Origin: a bacterium
GTDB taxonomy: Bacteria; UBA10199; 2-02-FULL-44-16; JAAZCA01
Assembly: GCA_963674695.2 (NCBI GenBank)
Contig: CAXXGI010000001.1
Span: 736,001 to 800,000, forward strand
Reading direction: 5' to 3'
Length of the DNA: 64,000 bases
Below are positions 28,189 to 38,792 of this stretch, in pieces. Position 1 is the first letter of the stretch, and each line of letters begins with the position of its first letter. Below the pieces are notes generated by a model, which did not search any database, was not told the DNA's origin, and saw nothing but the letters and a program-made list of their open reading frames with translations. The translations under genes and the position numbers were made by a program.

Positions 28189-29886
28189 TCACACCCCCCA
28201 CACCAGGGCATCGACCAGGATCGGAGAATCGGTCGTCAGATCGAGGAGATAGACCGTCTCACCGACATCATCGACCGAGATTTCATGGATATTGCTTCCG
28301 GAGGCCTGACCACTGGTGACCTCATCATGCACATCCAGATTACCGAGCTGGAAGACCTTCAGCGTTCCCGCATTGGTCGCCACCAACGCACTCGGTGTCG
28401 AGGCGTTCACATTCACTTTGACCATAGTGGAGATGGCCAGGTGGCGCCAGAGGATGCCATCCGTACCGCTCGACTGGACATAGTCCAAAACCCCCGATGT
28501 CGTCATGCTGTCGATGACGGACATATCGGCATCGATGGTCAACCGTTGCTCCTGCTCGCCGAACAAGACCTGAAAGGTCCCGAGCGTCTCAAATTGCGTC
28601 GACTCCTTGCCGAGAAAGACGCCGTTGACCTTGAATGCGCCCGCATCATATTCCACCCAGAGGCCGACATCGCTGATCTCGGAGATATAGGGCTGCACCA
28701 AACCGAAGGCACTCACCGGGAAGGTGCCGAGCCGCTTGTTGTAACCGACCGAAAAAATGGTCATGACCGATTCGGAGGCAGAGCCCGGAGAGGTGAGCGC
28801 GATCCCCAGTATGTCGTTATCGATTGTGAGCAGTTCCAGACGACGGCTGAACATCTTGGTCACGGTCCCCTCACCACCACCCTGAACCTCACCCGGAGTG
28901 CTGGCCATCAGATCAAAGCTGCCGTCGGCGAAGGAGACGATACCATACTCCACCGAACCGCTCGTCTCGAAGGCCACGACCGCCTCGTTTACGGATTCGG
29001 CAAAGGCGATATGCGCCGGCATATTGTTATAGGTATAGGTCAGCTCGTTCTCGGCACCATCTGAATTATCCGGAAAGGATGCACGCCAGATCGTCTTATC
29101 CACGGAACTCGTCACAGCGATGGTGACCAGGTTGGTTTCAGCATCCTTATGCATCGCGATCGAATGGGCATGACAGCCAGGGACATCAACGGTGAGGGCA
29201 GCGGCCAATCCCGTCGCGCTTCCAAAGACGACCTGGTTGGTCGTCGTCTCGCTCCCCTGGAGGAGCAGGGCATAGGCCTGATTGTCATCATCCGGTAAGG
29301 TGGCGATATCGATCGCTGCACCGGAAACACCCTGATCCGCACAGGGGTGCGCGGCCTCCTCTTCAACCACACCACCGTCATCGTCATCGACGACGGCATC
29401 ATCGGTACCGTCATCGCCCGACGTCTGCTCCGTCTGCATTGGGACTTCCTCGCGCAGCACGTCGCTCGTCCATTCACCGCTGTCCGCATCGATCGTTCCG
29501 ATCGCAATCGAGTCGCCCACCTCGGCCGCCAATTCCATCGTAAAGGCACCCGTCGCATCCGCCTCGGCACAGGCATGCCCCGTCTCGAAGCAGGTCGCGG
29601 GCCAATCCGAATCGGCATGCGCCGACGGGATGAGTCCATCAAGGAGATGTAGAACTGACTGCTCACCCGCCACCGTCTCGTTCACCGCCAGGACGAGCGA
29701 ACCGCCCTCGACGGCCCCTTCGGCACCGGTGATCGTCACGTTTCCGTCCGCATTCGGCTCGGAGACATCGACGCGGCCCGTGATCGGCGCGGGGAGATCG
29801 ACCGGCGGCGCAGAAACACCACCACATCCCGCAGCCAGCAGCGCCAGCATCATGAGACTGAATGTGATGATCGTCCTGAGCTTCAT
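28189..29886 (-). CDS. Large acidic surface lipoprotein (beta-rich)
   Basis: LLAAGC lipobox; acidic linker; start MKLRTII follows a GGGGG RBS. Confidence 0.75.
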   Translation of the reverse strand: MKLRTIITFSLMMLALLAAGCGGVSAPPVDLPAPITGRVDVSEPNADGNVTITGAEGAVEGGSLVLAVNETVAGEQSVLHLLDGLIPSAHADSDWPATCFETGHACAEADATGAFTMELAAEVGDSIAIGTIDADSGEWTSDVLREEVPMQTEQTSGDDGTDDAVVDDDDGGVVEEEAAHPCADQGVSGAAIDIATLPDDDNQAYALLLQGSETTTNQVVFGSATGLAAALTVDVPGCHAHSIAMHKDAETNLVTIAVTSSVDKTIWRASFPDNSDGAENELTYTYNNMPAHIAFAESVNEAVVAFETSGSVEYGIVSFADGSFDLMASTPGEVQGGGEGTVTKMFSRRLELLTIDNDILGIALTSPGSASESVMTIFSVGYNKRLGTFPVSAFGLVQPYISEISDVGLWVEYDAGAFKVNGVFLGKESTQFETLGTFQVLFGEQEQRLTIDADMSVIDSMTTSGVLDYVQSSGTDGILWRHLAISTMVKVNVNASTPSALVATNAGTLKVFQLGNLDVHDEVTSGQASGSNIHEISVDDVGETVYLLDLTTDSPILVDALVWGV

Positions 29887-29920
29887 CTCGGGTTCCCCCC
29901 TATGCACCACACTTCTTTAT

Positions 29921-29937
29921 AGCAACTCCTGTGCCAG
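29921..29937 (-). promoter_or_regulatory. Sigma54 promoter for lipoprotein gene 28189-29886
   Basis: Minus-strand CTGGCACAGGAGTTGCT, 35 bp upstream of the ATG. Confidence 0.75.
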
Positions 29938-30085
29938 GGTGAATGACCATGGATACTCAATAAATACAAATAGTTACATAAGCCTGTCATTTGTCCGATT
30001 CGTAGAGATATTTTATATGGAATACAGATCGAACATTATAAATCGAATAGTGTTCATATTCCGAAAAGTATTCTATAATTCAGAC

Positions 30086-33000
30086 ATGCGTCCATCGACG
30101 GAGATCATCGACGGCAAATACACCCTGCAGGACAAGCTCGGCGGGGGAGGGTTCAGCAACGTCTACCGCGTCGAGGGGGCGGGAGGCGTCTGCGCGATTA
30201 AACTCCTCAAGGGGGCGGCCGGTGCCATGAAGCCCTCGGTCCTGGAGGAGTTCAAGAACGAGTTCGCCATCCTCAAGGACATGCGGCATCCGCACATCGC
30301 CGAAATCCTCGACTTCGGCTACGACGAGACGATCGGTCAGTATTACTACACCACCGAACTCATCGAGGGCAGCGACCTCTTTCGAGCGACCGAGACGCTC
30401 ACCTTCGACGAGACCTGCGACCTCTTCGTGCAGGCCCTTCGCGCGCTCGAATACCTGCACGCCTATCGGATCTACCACTTCGATATCAAGTCGGCCAACG
30501 TGCTCGTAACGATGACGCCGACACCCTCGGTCAAGATCATCGACTTCGGCCTGGCCGGATTCGATCCGCGCGGAAAACTGATCGGCACGCCCTCCTACAT
30601 GCCGCCCGAAATCGTCGCTCGCGAACATGCCGACGGCCGGGCGGATCTCTATTCGCTGGGCGTGCTCTGGTACTACTGCCTCGCGCGCACCAATCCCTTT
30701 CGTGCTACCAGCACGCAGGAAACGCTCGAGCGACAGCGAAAACTCATACCGCCGCCGCCATCGACCAAGAACCTCGACGTTCCGGCCTGGTGCGATCGCA
30801 TCATCGGCAAGCTGCTCGAAAAGAATCCCGCCAATCGCTATGCGACCGCCGCCGCCGTCATCCATGACATCAACCGCCTGGGCGGAAAAACCTACACCCT
30901 CGAAACGCGCGAAACACTCCTCTCCTATATTCCGGAGGAAGGGCGCTTCATCGGGCGCGAGAAGGACCTTATCCTCTTTGACGAGGCGCTCGATCTCCTC
31001 AAACAGGATGAGGGCGAACCGACACGCGGATTCCTGCTGACCGGTGCGTTGGGCACGGGCAAGTCACGCCTGCTCCACGAGATCAAGTTTCGCTTTCAGC
31101 TCAAGGACGTCCACGTCTGCTATGCCTCGGCACGATCACCCGATGAAATGAACGCATGGCGCGACGAACTCGCCCAGCACCTTGCCGACGGACACGGTGT
31201 GCACGTCTTTCTTCTGGACGATGTGGAGGCGCTGCTCCTGGAAGAAGTCTCGCGCGCACAGCTGCTCGCCCTGCTCTCGCGTACGCGCCGCCCCCCGAGT
31301 GGTGCGCGTGTGCTCATCTTCCTGGCCATGGGCGAGGACGTCGCCGAGGCGCACCGCGCCACGCTCGAAAACCTGCTCGACGAAGGGATCATGCTCTCCC
31401 CCTTCGACCGCAATGAGCTCGAAGAATACCTGATTTCGCTGACCGGCCTCATCCATCCCCCCGACCTCCTCCTCGAGGAGATCCTGCGGCGCACAGACGG
31501 AAACCCGCTCTTCGTTACGGAGTTGATCAAGTCGCTCATCGTGGGCGGCGCCCTCTTCGACGAACACGGTCGATGGATAGAGACGCTCTTCGAAGATGTC
31601 GGCGTCGACTTTTCGAAGGCCCAGATCCCGGAGACGATTGGAGGACTCCTGCTGCAGCGTATCGGAGCACTGCCGGAGGAGCAGCGGCGACTCCTCGAAG
31701 CACTGGCCATCGCGGACGAACCGACGCAACCGATGGAGCTCGCACACTGGGGTCAGGTGGAAAACCCGCAACAGGCCATCGCGGAACTGCTCCGCTCGGG
31801 GCTCGTCGAACGACGCGAGGCGCTGGCCATCGACTTTGGAAATGCGCTCTTGCGCACCGTGCTCTGCGACGCCCTGCCCGAAGCGCGGCGATGCACGCTC
31901 CATGACCGACTCGCATCTGCCTTGCGCGAGAGTAACACCGAACCGAATCGCATATGCCTGCACGAATGCTGGGGATCGGACAAACAGGTCGCGCTGACCG
32001 CCGCGAAAAAACTGGGCGACGCATCGTTGACTGCAGGACGCGGCCGTGAAGCGGCGACGTTTCTAGAGCACGCCCTCTCGCTCACGCCCCCCGAAAACCT
32101 CGAACCACGCATCGAACTCACGATGAAGCTCGGAGAAGCGATGCTCATCGCCCGCGACTACGACGCGGCGCACGCACGCTTCTCTGCCATCGAATCGATG
32201 CTCTGCGACGCGCAGGCCACACCGCAGACCGCGCGATGGAACGCCGAGGCACTCACGCGTCTGGGCGGCACCTATATCAAACTTCAGGAATTCGAACGAG
32301 CGCGGCATGCCCTCATGCAGGCCAAGCGCGCACTCAATGCGTCCGGCGGCGATCCCGTCCAGGAACTCGTCATCGAAAATTTTCTCGCCGGCATCCTCTT
32401 TCAGGAGGGCAAGCTCGATGTAGCGCTCAATATCTTCGAGCGCACGCGTGCCGCCGCGATCGACCTGGCCTCGATGGAACGCGTGCACGTCACCAACAAC
32501 GACCTCGGCATGGTGCTCGTTGCGCAGGGAGACGCCGACAAAGCACAAGCGATCTTTTCCGACGACCTCGCCCAGGCGGTCGCGATCGAAGACGACCTGC
32601 TCGTCGCACGCGCGCACTACAACCTCGCTCAGGTTGCCTACGCCAAGAATGATTATGTCGGCGCCATCGATGCCTTCGAACGGTGCGTGGAGATCTGTCG
32701 TCGATCGCAGAACACGGAACTGCTGCTTCGCGCCTATAACGGCATGGGCAACGCCTATCAGTTGATGGGAAACCTCGATCAGAGTCTGGCCTTCTATGAC
32801 CGCGGGCTCACCCTGCACGAGCGCGTCGGCGATCTGCGCGGTGGCGCGGCCATCGCCGTGAACATGGGGCTCATCGAGACGCAGCGGGGAAAAACCGATG
32901 CCGCGCTCGATCACCTGGTGCCGGCTATCGCCTATCTCCGCGCGCTGCCCGAGAAGGGCGTAGCCGATTGGACCGCGCTGGCCCGCGCCCTGCTCGAAAT

Positions 33001-35131
33001 GGGCGACATCCTGCATCGCGATGGAAAGCTCGACGAAGCGCGTATGCAGCTGGAGGAGTCGCGTTCGATCGCCACGCGCGTTCCGCAGGCATCCTCCTAT
33101 CGCTTCTGGATCCTGGCCACGCTCGCGGAGATCGCGAACGATCAGAGCCAAGGCGATGAATTCTCCGCGCTCGTCGAGCGGCTCCGACCCCTGGCGCTCG
33201 GCGACGAGGAACGCAAAACGCTTGAAGCGCTCGAACAAAAACGACGCGAATCGCCCCTGCCCGCGAAGGAACAGACGACGGCGCCGCCGGAGGAAGCCTG
33301 GCCACCGAAGACAGATGCGCAGGAATCCGCCTCCAATCCCTGGCGTCGTATCCTCGAGATCAACAAGCTCATCGCGGGGGAGCGCGATCTGGATTACGTC
33401 TTGAAGACGGTGCTCTTCTATGCCCTGGACCTGACCTCCGCCGAGGGAGGAGCGATCTTACTCGCCGACGACGCCGGCGAGGTACACATCACCGCGAGCC
33501 GAAACATGGCCGGCACCGACGAGGAGACCGCGATCAGCCGAACGCTCGCGGGACAGGCCATCGCCACAGGACAACCGGTGCGCACCGACGACGCCATGAT
33601 CGACGCGCGTTTTTCGGAAGAGGTCTCCATCGCCGCGCAGAAGCTGCGCTCGATCCTGGCGCTTCCGATTCGCGCACGAGGACAGATCGTCGGCGTCCTC
33701 TACCTCCACAATCGCTTTCAGACGAGCGCATTTGCCGACTCCGACATGACGATCCTGGATGCCTTTTCCGATCAGGCGGGGCTCGCAATCGAAACCGCAC
33801 GGCTCATCGAGGCGAGCACAACCAAGGAGACCGAACTCTCACACGAGCTGGCTGAGGCGAGCCGACGGGCGCACCGGTATGAAGAACTCCTGCATGAACG
33901 CAATGCCGCGTTCGCGTTCGAGCCTGGAACGATCGTGGCGGCAAGCCCAGCGATGCAGCGCATTCAGGAGACGATGGGCAAGATCGCCGACACCGACCTC
34001 GCGGTCTTCATCTGCGGTGAATCCGGAACGGGAAAGGAATTGATCGCTCGGGCCTTGCACCAGGGCCATGCCATGCGTCGGAACGGACGCTTCATCGCCA
34101 TCAACTGCGGCGCGATCCCAGCAACGCTGATCGAATCGGAACTCTTCGGCTACCGCAAGGGGGCGTTTACGGGAGCGTCCCGCGACAAGCCGGGGTTGAT
34201 CGAGGAAGCGCACGGCGGCACGCTCTTCTTGGATGAGATCGGCGAACTCGAACCAAGCCTCCAGGTCAAACTCCTGCGCGTCCTCCAGGAGGGCGAGGTC
34301 ACGCGCCTGGGCGCGACAGCGGTCAAAACGGTCGATCTGCGGGTGGTGGCCGCATCCAATCGCGACATGGACGCCCTTCGCGCCGAAGGACGATTTCGCG
34401 ACGATCTCTACTATCGCATCTGCCAGATCACCGTGGCCCTTCCTCCACTGCGCGAACGCCCCGAGGACATCACCGCGCTGACGGAGGTCTTTCTCGCGCG
34501 CTACGGTGGGAATCGACATCTCACGATCGAACCAAAACTCATGCGCCGGATGCTCACCGCGGCCTGGCCGGGAAACGTGCGCGAGCTGGAAAACTTTATC
34601 CAGGTGGTCTGCGCCATCACGGAAGGCGCCGTGATCGGCATCGATACGATCCCGGACAATCATCCGCTCGCCAAAGCGGATGCGGTGCCAACCCCAACGG
34701 AGAACCCCGAGCCGAAGATCGCATCAGCGCTTCCGGAGATGCCACCCATCGGCGATCACGGCGTGCTCATCGATGGCATCAATGCCTACGATCCGACGCG
34801 CCCGTGGAAGGAATACGAGCGCCTCATCGTCGCCGCCTGTTTTTCCGCAAACGACCGCCGCGCGCGTCCGACTGCACGCGAACTGGGAATCGCCGCATCG
34901 ACGATGTACAAACACATCGAGACATGGGACCTCAAATCGAATGCCGCTTCCGACCTGCGAAACACCTTCATCTACACGCGCGGGCGCACGCTCGCCCAAT
35001 ATGTCCCCCTCATCTTTCGGGCAGCGCTGGCCGCCGCAAATGGAAACGCCGCACGCACCATCGCCAACCTCGGCATCAGTCAGGGATTTTTTTATAAAGT
35101 AATGAAGAAGAAGGAACGGACCGAGGGGTGA
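30086..35131 (+). CDS. Ser/Thr kinase-AAA ATPase-TPR-GAF-sigma54 enhancer-binding protein fusion
   Basis: GGGGFS/HFDIKSAN/DFG kinase; GALGTGKS and GNPLF; TPR-like helices; GAF; GESGTGKE, GAFTGA, WPGNVREL; two HTH_8-like C-terminal segments. Confidence 0.92.
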   Translation: MRPSTEIIDGKYTLQDKLGGGGFSNVYRVEGAGGVCAIKLLKGAAGAMKPSVLEEFKNEFAILKDMRHPHIAEILDFGYDETIGQYYYTTELIEGSDLFRATETLTFDETCDLFVQALRALEYLHAYRIYHFDIKSANVLVTMTPTPSVKIIDFGLAGFDPRGKLIGTPSYMPPEIVAREHADGRADLYSLGVLWYYCLARTNPFRATSTQETLERQRKLIPPPPSTKNLDVPAWCDRIIGKLLEKNPANRYATAAAVIHDINRLGGKTYTLETRETLLSYIPEEGRFIGREKDLILFDEALDLLKQDEGEPTRGFLLTGALGTGKSRLLHEIKFRFQLKDVHVCYASARSPDEMNAWRDELAQHLADGHGVHVFLLDDVEALLLEEVSRAQLLALLSRTRRPPSGARVLIFLAMGEDVAEAHRATLENLLDEGIMLSPFDRNELEEYLISLTGLIHPPDLLLEEILRRTDGNPLFVTELIKSLIVGGALFDEHGRWIETLFEDVGVDFSKAQIPETIGGLLLQRIGALPEEQRRLLEALAIADEPTQPMELAHWGQVENPQQAIAELLRSGLVERREALAIDFGNALLRTVLCDALPEARRCTLHDRLASALRESNTEPNRICLHECWGSDKQVALTAAKKLGDASLTAGRGREAATFLEHALSLTPPENLEPRIELTMKLGEAMLIARDYDAAHARFSAIESMLCDAQATPQTARWNAEALTRLGGTYIKLQEFERARHALMQAKRALNASGGDPVQELVIENFLAGILFQEGKLDVALNIFERTRAAAIDLASMERVHVTNNDLGMVLVAQGDADKAQAIFSDDLAQAVAIEDDLLVARAHYNLAQVAYAKNDYVGAIDAFERCVEICRRSQNTELLLRAYNGMGNAYQLMGNLDQSLAFYDRGLTLHERVGDLRGGAAIAVNMGLIETQRGKTDAALDHLVPAIAYLRALPEKGVADWTALARALLEMGDILHRDGKLDEARMQLEESRSIATRVPQASSYRFWILATLAEIANDQSQGDEFSALVERLRPLALGDEERKTLEALEQKRRESPLPAKEQTTAPPEEAWPPKTDAQESASNPWRRILEINKLIAGERDLDYVLKTVLFYALDLTSAEGGAILLADDAGEVHITASRNMAGTDEETAISRTLAGQAIATGQPVRTDDAMIDARFSEEVSIAAQKLRSILALPIRARGQIVGVLYLHNRFQTSAFADSDMTILDAFSDQAGLAIETARLIEASTTKETELSHELAEASRRAHRYEELLHERNAAFAFEPGTIVAASPAMQRIQETMGKIADTDLAVFICGESGTGKELIARALHQGHAMRRNGRFIAINCGAIPATLIESELFGYRKGAFTGASRDKPGLIEEAHGGTLFLDEIGELEPSLQVKLLRVLQEGEVTRLGATAVKTVDLRVVAASNRDMDALRAEGRFRDDLYYRICQITVALPPLRERPEDITALTEVFLARYGGNRHLTIEPKLMRRMLTAAWPGNVRELENFIQVVCAITEGAVIGIDTIPDNHPLAKADAVPTPTENPEPKIASALPEMPPIGDHGVLIDGINAYDPTRPWKEYERLIVAACFSANDRRARPTARELGIAASTMYKHIETWDLKSNAASDLRNTFIYTRGRTLAQYVPLIFRAALAAANGNAARTIANLGISQGFFYKVMKKKERTEG

Positions 35132-35217
35132 AGGACGTCCGCGAACGCCGTTCGCTAGGGCGAGGGGCGATCGCAAACGCTGTTCACTTGGACGAAAGAG
35201 CTTTTTCGTCCTTCGCC

Positions 35218-36957
35218 CTAGCGAGTGGAACTCGCGGTCGTCCCTCGTCCTTCGTTCATCAGGATTTTTTTCGGGAATCGATCGCGGCCGTAGATGTCGT
35301 GAAAGTAGCGCACCCCCTCGCCCGATTCAAACCAGGCGGTGAAGTAGGCGATATGGATGGGAACCGGCGCGGTGAGGTTCTGCACCTTCACGCGCTCGCT
35401 GAACATGGCCTTCTCGATCCGATCGAGATCCCATCCCTCCTGGTCCCGCAGGAGAAATTGCGCCAACTCCTTGGGTTTGGAGATACGGATACACCCCGAG
35501 CTAAGTGTTCGGCGCTGGTTCTTGAAGAGATAGGGTTTTTCTGTGTCATGCAGATAGACGTCGTGCTGATTCGGAAATATAAACTTCACCCGTCCAAGCG
35601 CGTTTCCCCCGCCGGGGCGCTGCACGATGCGATAATCGAAGTTCGATGCATCCACCTGCGACCAATCGACCGTGGTCGGATCGACGGTCTCGCCGCGCTC
35701 CCCCTCGCTCGTGTAGAGCGTCATCCCTGCGCGCCGCAAATAGTCCGGATCCTTCCTGAGAATCGGAAGTTTGTCCTTGATCGCGATGGAGCGCGGCACA
35801 CGCCACTTGGGACTGAAGACGAGAAAGCGAACGCGATTGGACATGATGGGGCTCTTGCGATCGATACGCCCGACGATTGCCTTCATCTCGAGCTGTTGTG
35901 ATCCATTTTCAAAGACCTTCACTTCAAACGCCGGGACATCCACAAAGATATAGAGCGGCTCGGCAAATGCGCGCGACATCGCCCGCACGCGATCCATGTT
36001 GATGACGAGCGCTTCGATGCGTTTTTCCACCGGCACGTTCATCGCTTCGGTCGTCCCGCGACCGATGACGCCATCGACGTTGAGTCCATGCGTGCGCTGG
36101 AAGCGTTTGACGGCCTCGACGAGGTCCTCGTCGTGAATCGTCTCGGGATCGATGGCCGTCTCCGCTGGCGCGGCCTTCTCCTTTTTCTTTTGGGGCGGAC
36201 GCGATTTCCCGCCATCGAGTTCTCCGGTTGCCTCAAGCCGACGGCGGATCGCGACGAGGCGTGCATCGGCCTGGTCCGGCTCGATCTTGTCGCCGCGCGC
36301 CAACTGCGGCACCGTCGGCCAAACCACCGTCACGCCGCGCAGGCGATCGAGTTCCGCGCGAAGTCCGGCATAGCCACCGTTCTTCGGCAGCAGCGTCCGG
36401 AGCACCTCGCCCGTATCCTTCTGTTCGGCAACGCTCTCGCGAAATATCCCCACCAGGTCGACATCGGCGGGCAAGCGAAACGGCTTTGCCCGATTGCGAT
36501 AGGGATCGATGAGCCCCTCCGAAAAGTGGGCCCCCATGAGGAAAAATGCATCGCTCAACAGCAGATCGAGCTCGGCCAAAAGTTCAGTCCGCTCCTGCGC
36601 AGAACCCTCCTCCAAAGCCTGCCACAGGCGGTCGATGGCGGCAGCGTGATAAAACTCGGGCTTGAGCCCCTCGACCGTGACCGCCGCGATGGCCTCCCGA
36701 AATTTCCGTGCCTCCTTGGTCGGCTTGTCGCCACGAATGAAGGCCGGTGCAAACCCGCGCGGCTCATAGAAGGACAGCAGGGCCTGTCGCGCCCCGAGCG
36801 CCTCGCCAGCGACATTCTTTCGGGCCAAATCCGCCTGTATCTGGAGGGCAAGGGGATCGGCAATCGGCGCGGATATTTCATCCTGAGCCGACGCGACGGC
36901 AGAAAGAGCCAGGACGGATACCAGCAACAGGATCGAGCTCATTCTCATGATTCGCAT
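35218..36957 (-). CDS. L,D-transpeptidase (YcbB/LdtD-like) with peptidoglycan-binding domain
   Basis: VKRFQRTHGLNVDGVIG PG-binding motif; YLHDT...SSGCIR catalytic motif; signal peptide. Confidence 0.92.
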   Translation of the reverse strand: MRIMRMSSILLLVSVLALSAVASAQDEISAPIADPLALQIQADLARKNVAGEALGARQALLSFYEPRGFAPAFIRGDKPTKEARKFREAIAAVTVEGLKPEFYHAAAIDRLWQALEEGSAQERTELLAELDLLLSDAFFLMGAHFSEGLIDPYRNRAKPFRLPADVDLVGIFRESVAEQKDTGEVLRTLLPKNGGYAGLRAELDRLRGVTVVWPTVPQLARGDKIEPDQADARLVAIRRRLEATGELDGGKSRPPQKKKEKAAPAETAIDPETIHDEDLVEAVKRFQRTHGLNVDGVIGRGTTEAMNVPVEKRIEALVINMDRVRAMSRAFAEPLYIFVDVPAFEVKVFENGSQQLEMKAIVGRIDRKSPIMSNRVRFLVFSPKWRVPRSIAIKDKLPILRKDPDYLRRAGMTLYTSEGERGETVDPTTVDWSQVDASNFDYRIVQRPGGGNALGRVKFIFPNQHDVYLHDTEKPYLFKNQRRTLSSGCIRISKPKELAQFLLRDQEGWDLDRIEKAMFSERVKVQNLTAPVPIHIAYFTAWFESGEGVRYFHDIYGRDRFPKKILMNEGRGTTASSTR

Positions 36958-37120
36958 CGGCCTCCTTGTTTGAGATGCCCTGATCTAACAACGACAACCC
37001 TCCTGCCGCAATCGAAAAAACAGAGGAGGAAAGATGCCCATTTCTTGACGCCCCTGTGAATGGTACACCCGCCGAAAGACTAAAAACCGCACCAAAGGAC
37101 CCTCTCTCAACATACACCTC

Positions 37121-37137
37121 ATGGCACAGCTCTTGCT
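37121..37137 (+). promoter_or_regulatory. Sigma54 promoter for small secreted protein 37174-37473
   Basis: ATGGCACAGCTCTTGCT. Confidence 0.7.
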
Positions 37138-37173
37138 CTCTTCCGCAGTGGTAACCAGGAGGGGGAGGATCCG

Positions 37174-37473
37174 ATGAATACCATCGCGCGAACACTCTGC
37201 ATCATAATCGTATCCATCGTCATGGCCGTCCTGGGGGCGAAGCCCCTGATAGCCCGCGAACATCGACAGCAACAGCAACGACAACAGCATCATGAGAGAA
37301 CCACCGCTACCGAAGGACGTCTGGATAATACGCAGCTGTGGGAGCGGGTGCAGGTCGAACAGAACCATGAACGCCAACGACAGGAACGCAGCCACTCGAC
37401 TTCCTCTGGCGCCTTTCGCGTGGGAAAAGACAGCCCCACGCCGCGCACGGACGGATGGGATTCCGGCTATTAG
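37174..37473 (+). CDS. Small secreted Gln-rich hypothetical protein
   Basis: Signal peptide, GGAGG RBS, sigma54 promoter upstream. Confidence 0.65.
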   Translation: MNTIARTLCIIIVSIVMAVLGAKPLIAREHRQQQQRQQHHERTTATEGRLDNTQLWERVQVEQNHERQRQERSHSTSSGAFRVGKDSPTPRTDGWDSGY

Positions 37474-37805
37474 CCCTCATCCGTCAAAAAAGCGATGCAT
37501 TAGGAGATGCCCACTCGGCTCCGACGCCTCCGGGGGCGACCCAGAGCGGGTTCGCGGGCGACGAACCCACCTCGTTCTGAGGGTGATGACAAACCCGTGT
37601 TTTTGTCATCCCCGCGAAAGCGGGGATCTCGATGTGCCGCAATAAGCGAGATTCCCGCCTACGCGGGAATGACAGCTCGAGATGGCTTTGTCAGCAGTTT
37701 GAGCCGAGGTCTCCATCGCCTGCTCACCTCGCTGGGTACCCCGCCCCCTCCCGGCAAGTCGCCGAGTGGGCATCTCCTGATGCACCATGTATTGCCGGAT
37801 GAGGG
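37474..37805. repeat. Nested inverted-repeat element enclosing a REP pair (37604-37674)
   Basis: CCCTCATCCG/CGGATGAGGG outer IR; 24-bp IR 37496-37519/37761-37784 (23/24 match); inner GTCATCCCCGCGAAAGCGGGGATC...GATTCCCGCCTACGCGGGAATGAC. Confidence 0.8.
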
Positions 37806-37819
37806 GGAGGAACCTGTCG

Positions 37820-38311
37820 TCAGTTCTCAACCTGTTCGAACTCGCCCCGAGCGCGATTCTTGCGCACGTTATCCCACGGAAAATAGCGCCCGTTCATGGC
37901 CACGTAGACGCCATGCGGCAGACACTGTGCAAAGGCGAGTGCGCTCCCCAGATTGAAGAGCCCATCGGAACTTCCAAATTTATACGGAATCATCGCACCG
38001 GTGATAACGATCGTCTTCGAAATTTCCGCCTGGCCCAGAAAGCGCGCCGTTTCCTCCATGGTGTCCGTCCCATGCGTGATGAGAATGCGTTCCTCGGCGG
38101 CCTGCTCACACTGCTGGCGAATGAGCTCTCGATCGGCTTCGGTCAGCGTAAGACTGTCGACCAGCATCAGGCTCCGAACCTGCACATCGACCCGGCTGCG
38201 CCCAAGCTGGAGCATCTCCGGCAGATGCGAATCCTTAAAGAAGAGTTCGCCGCTGAGCTCATTGTATTCCTTGTCGAACGTCCCCCCGGTGATAAAGATA
38301 CGTATCGTCAT
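37820..38311 (-). CDS. Short asparaginase-domain protein
   Basis: ITGGT, DS, HGTDTM and TGAM motifs; N-terminal domain only. Confidence 0.88.
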   Translation of the reverse strand: MTIRIFITGGTFDKEYNELSGELFFKDSHLPEMLQLGRSRVDVQVRSLMLVDSLTLTEADRELIRQQCEQAAEERILITHGTDTMEETARFLGQAEISKTIVITGAMIPYKFGSSDGLFNLGSALAFAQCLPHGVYVAMNGRYFPWDNVRKNRARGEFEQVEN

Positions 38312-38376
38312 CGTTCTCCCTTCGCAAAAACGGCCGCCCCCATCGGAGCGGCCGCTTGATAGAATCGGATGGACAG

Positions 38377-38757
38377 CTACCAACTTGCATATCCGCCTGT
38401 CGAACTCGAGACCCAACCCTGTGCCTTGTCATAGGCATACGGGTTTCCGAACGGATCCAGAAATTTTCCCTCTTTGCTGACCGGGACACGCGCGATGAAA
38501 TGATGCACCTGACCGGAATCCGGCATGCGGAATGTCGCCATCGACAGATCGACGAGTGATTCCGGCGTCTTGCGTTCGACGTACTGATAGAGCGTGATGC
38601 CCTGGCGCAGATTCTCGAGCTGATAGCGCAGGACCTTCTGTTCATAGACGCGCTTTTCCAGGAAGTAGCTGTTGACGATGAACGCCAACATTCCCAAGAA
38701 TACGATCACGAGCAAAGCGCTCTCCCATACCTGACGTTTCGGTTGATCCAGTGCCAT
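38377..38757 (-). CDS. Pilin/pseudopilin-like (GspG-like) small protein, paralog B
   Basis: WE plus hydrophobic helix; LRQGI..Y, P.SL.DL and DPFGNPYAY. Confidence 0.65.
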   Translation of the reverse strand: MALDQPKRQVWESALLVIVFLGMLAFIVNSYFLEKRVYEQKVLRYQLENLRQGITLYQYVERKTPESLVDLSMATFRMPDSGQVHHFIARVPVSKEGKFLDPFGNPYAYDKAQGWVSSSTGGYASW

Positions 38758-38792
38758 TGTTCTCCTCCTCGCGTAGAAATGACGGTTATCGA

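Noticed and set aside
29630-30085. Extended N-terminus of the 1833-aa ORF call
   Set aside because: It overlaps the divergent lipoprotein gene and its promoter; the kinase domain begins at ATG 30086.
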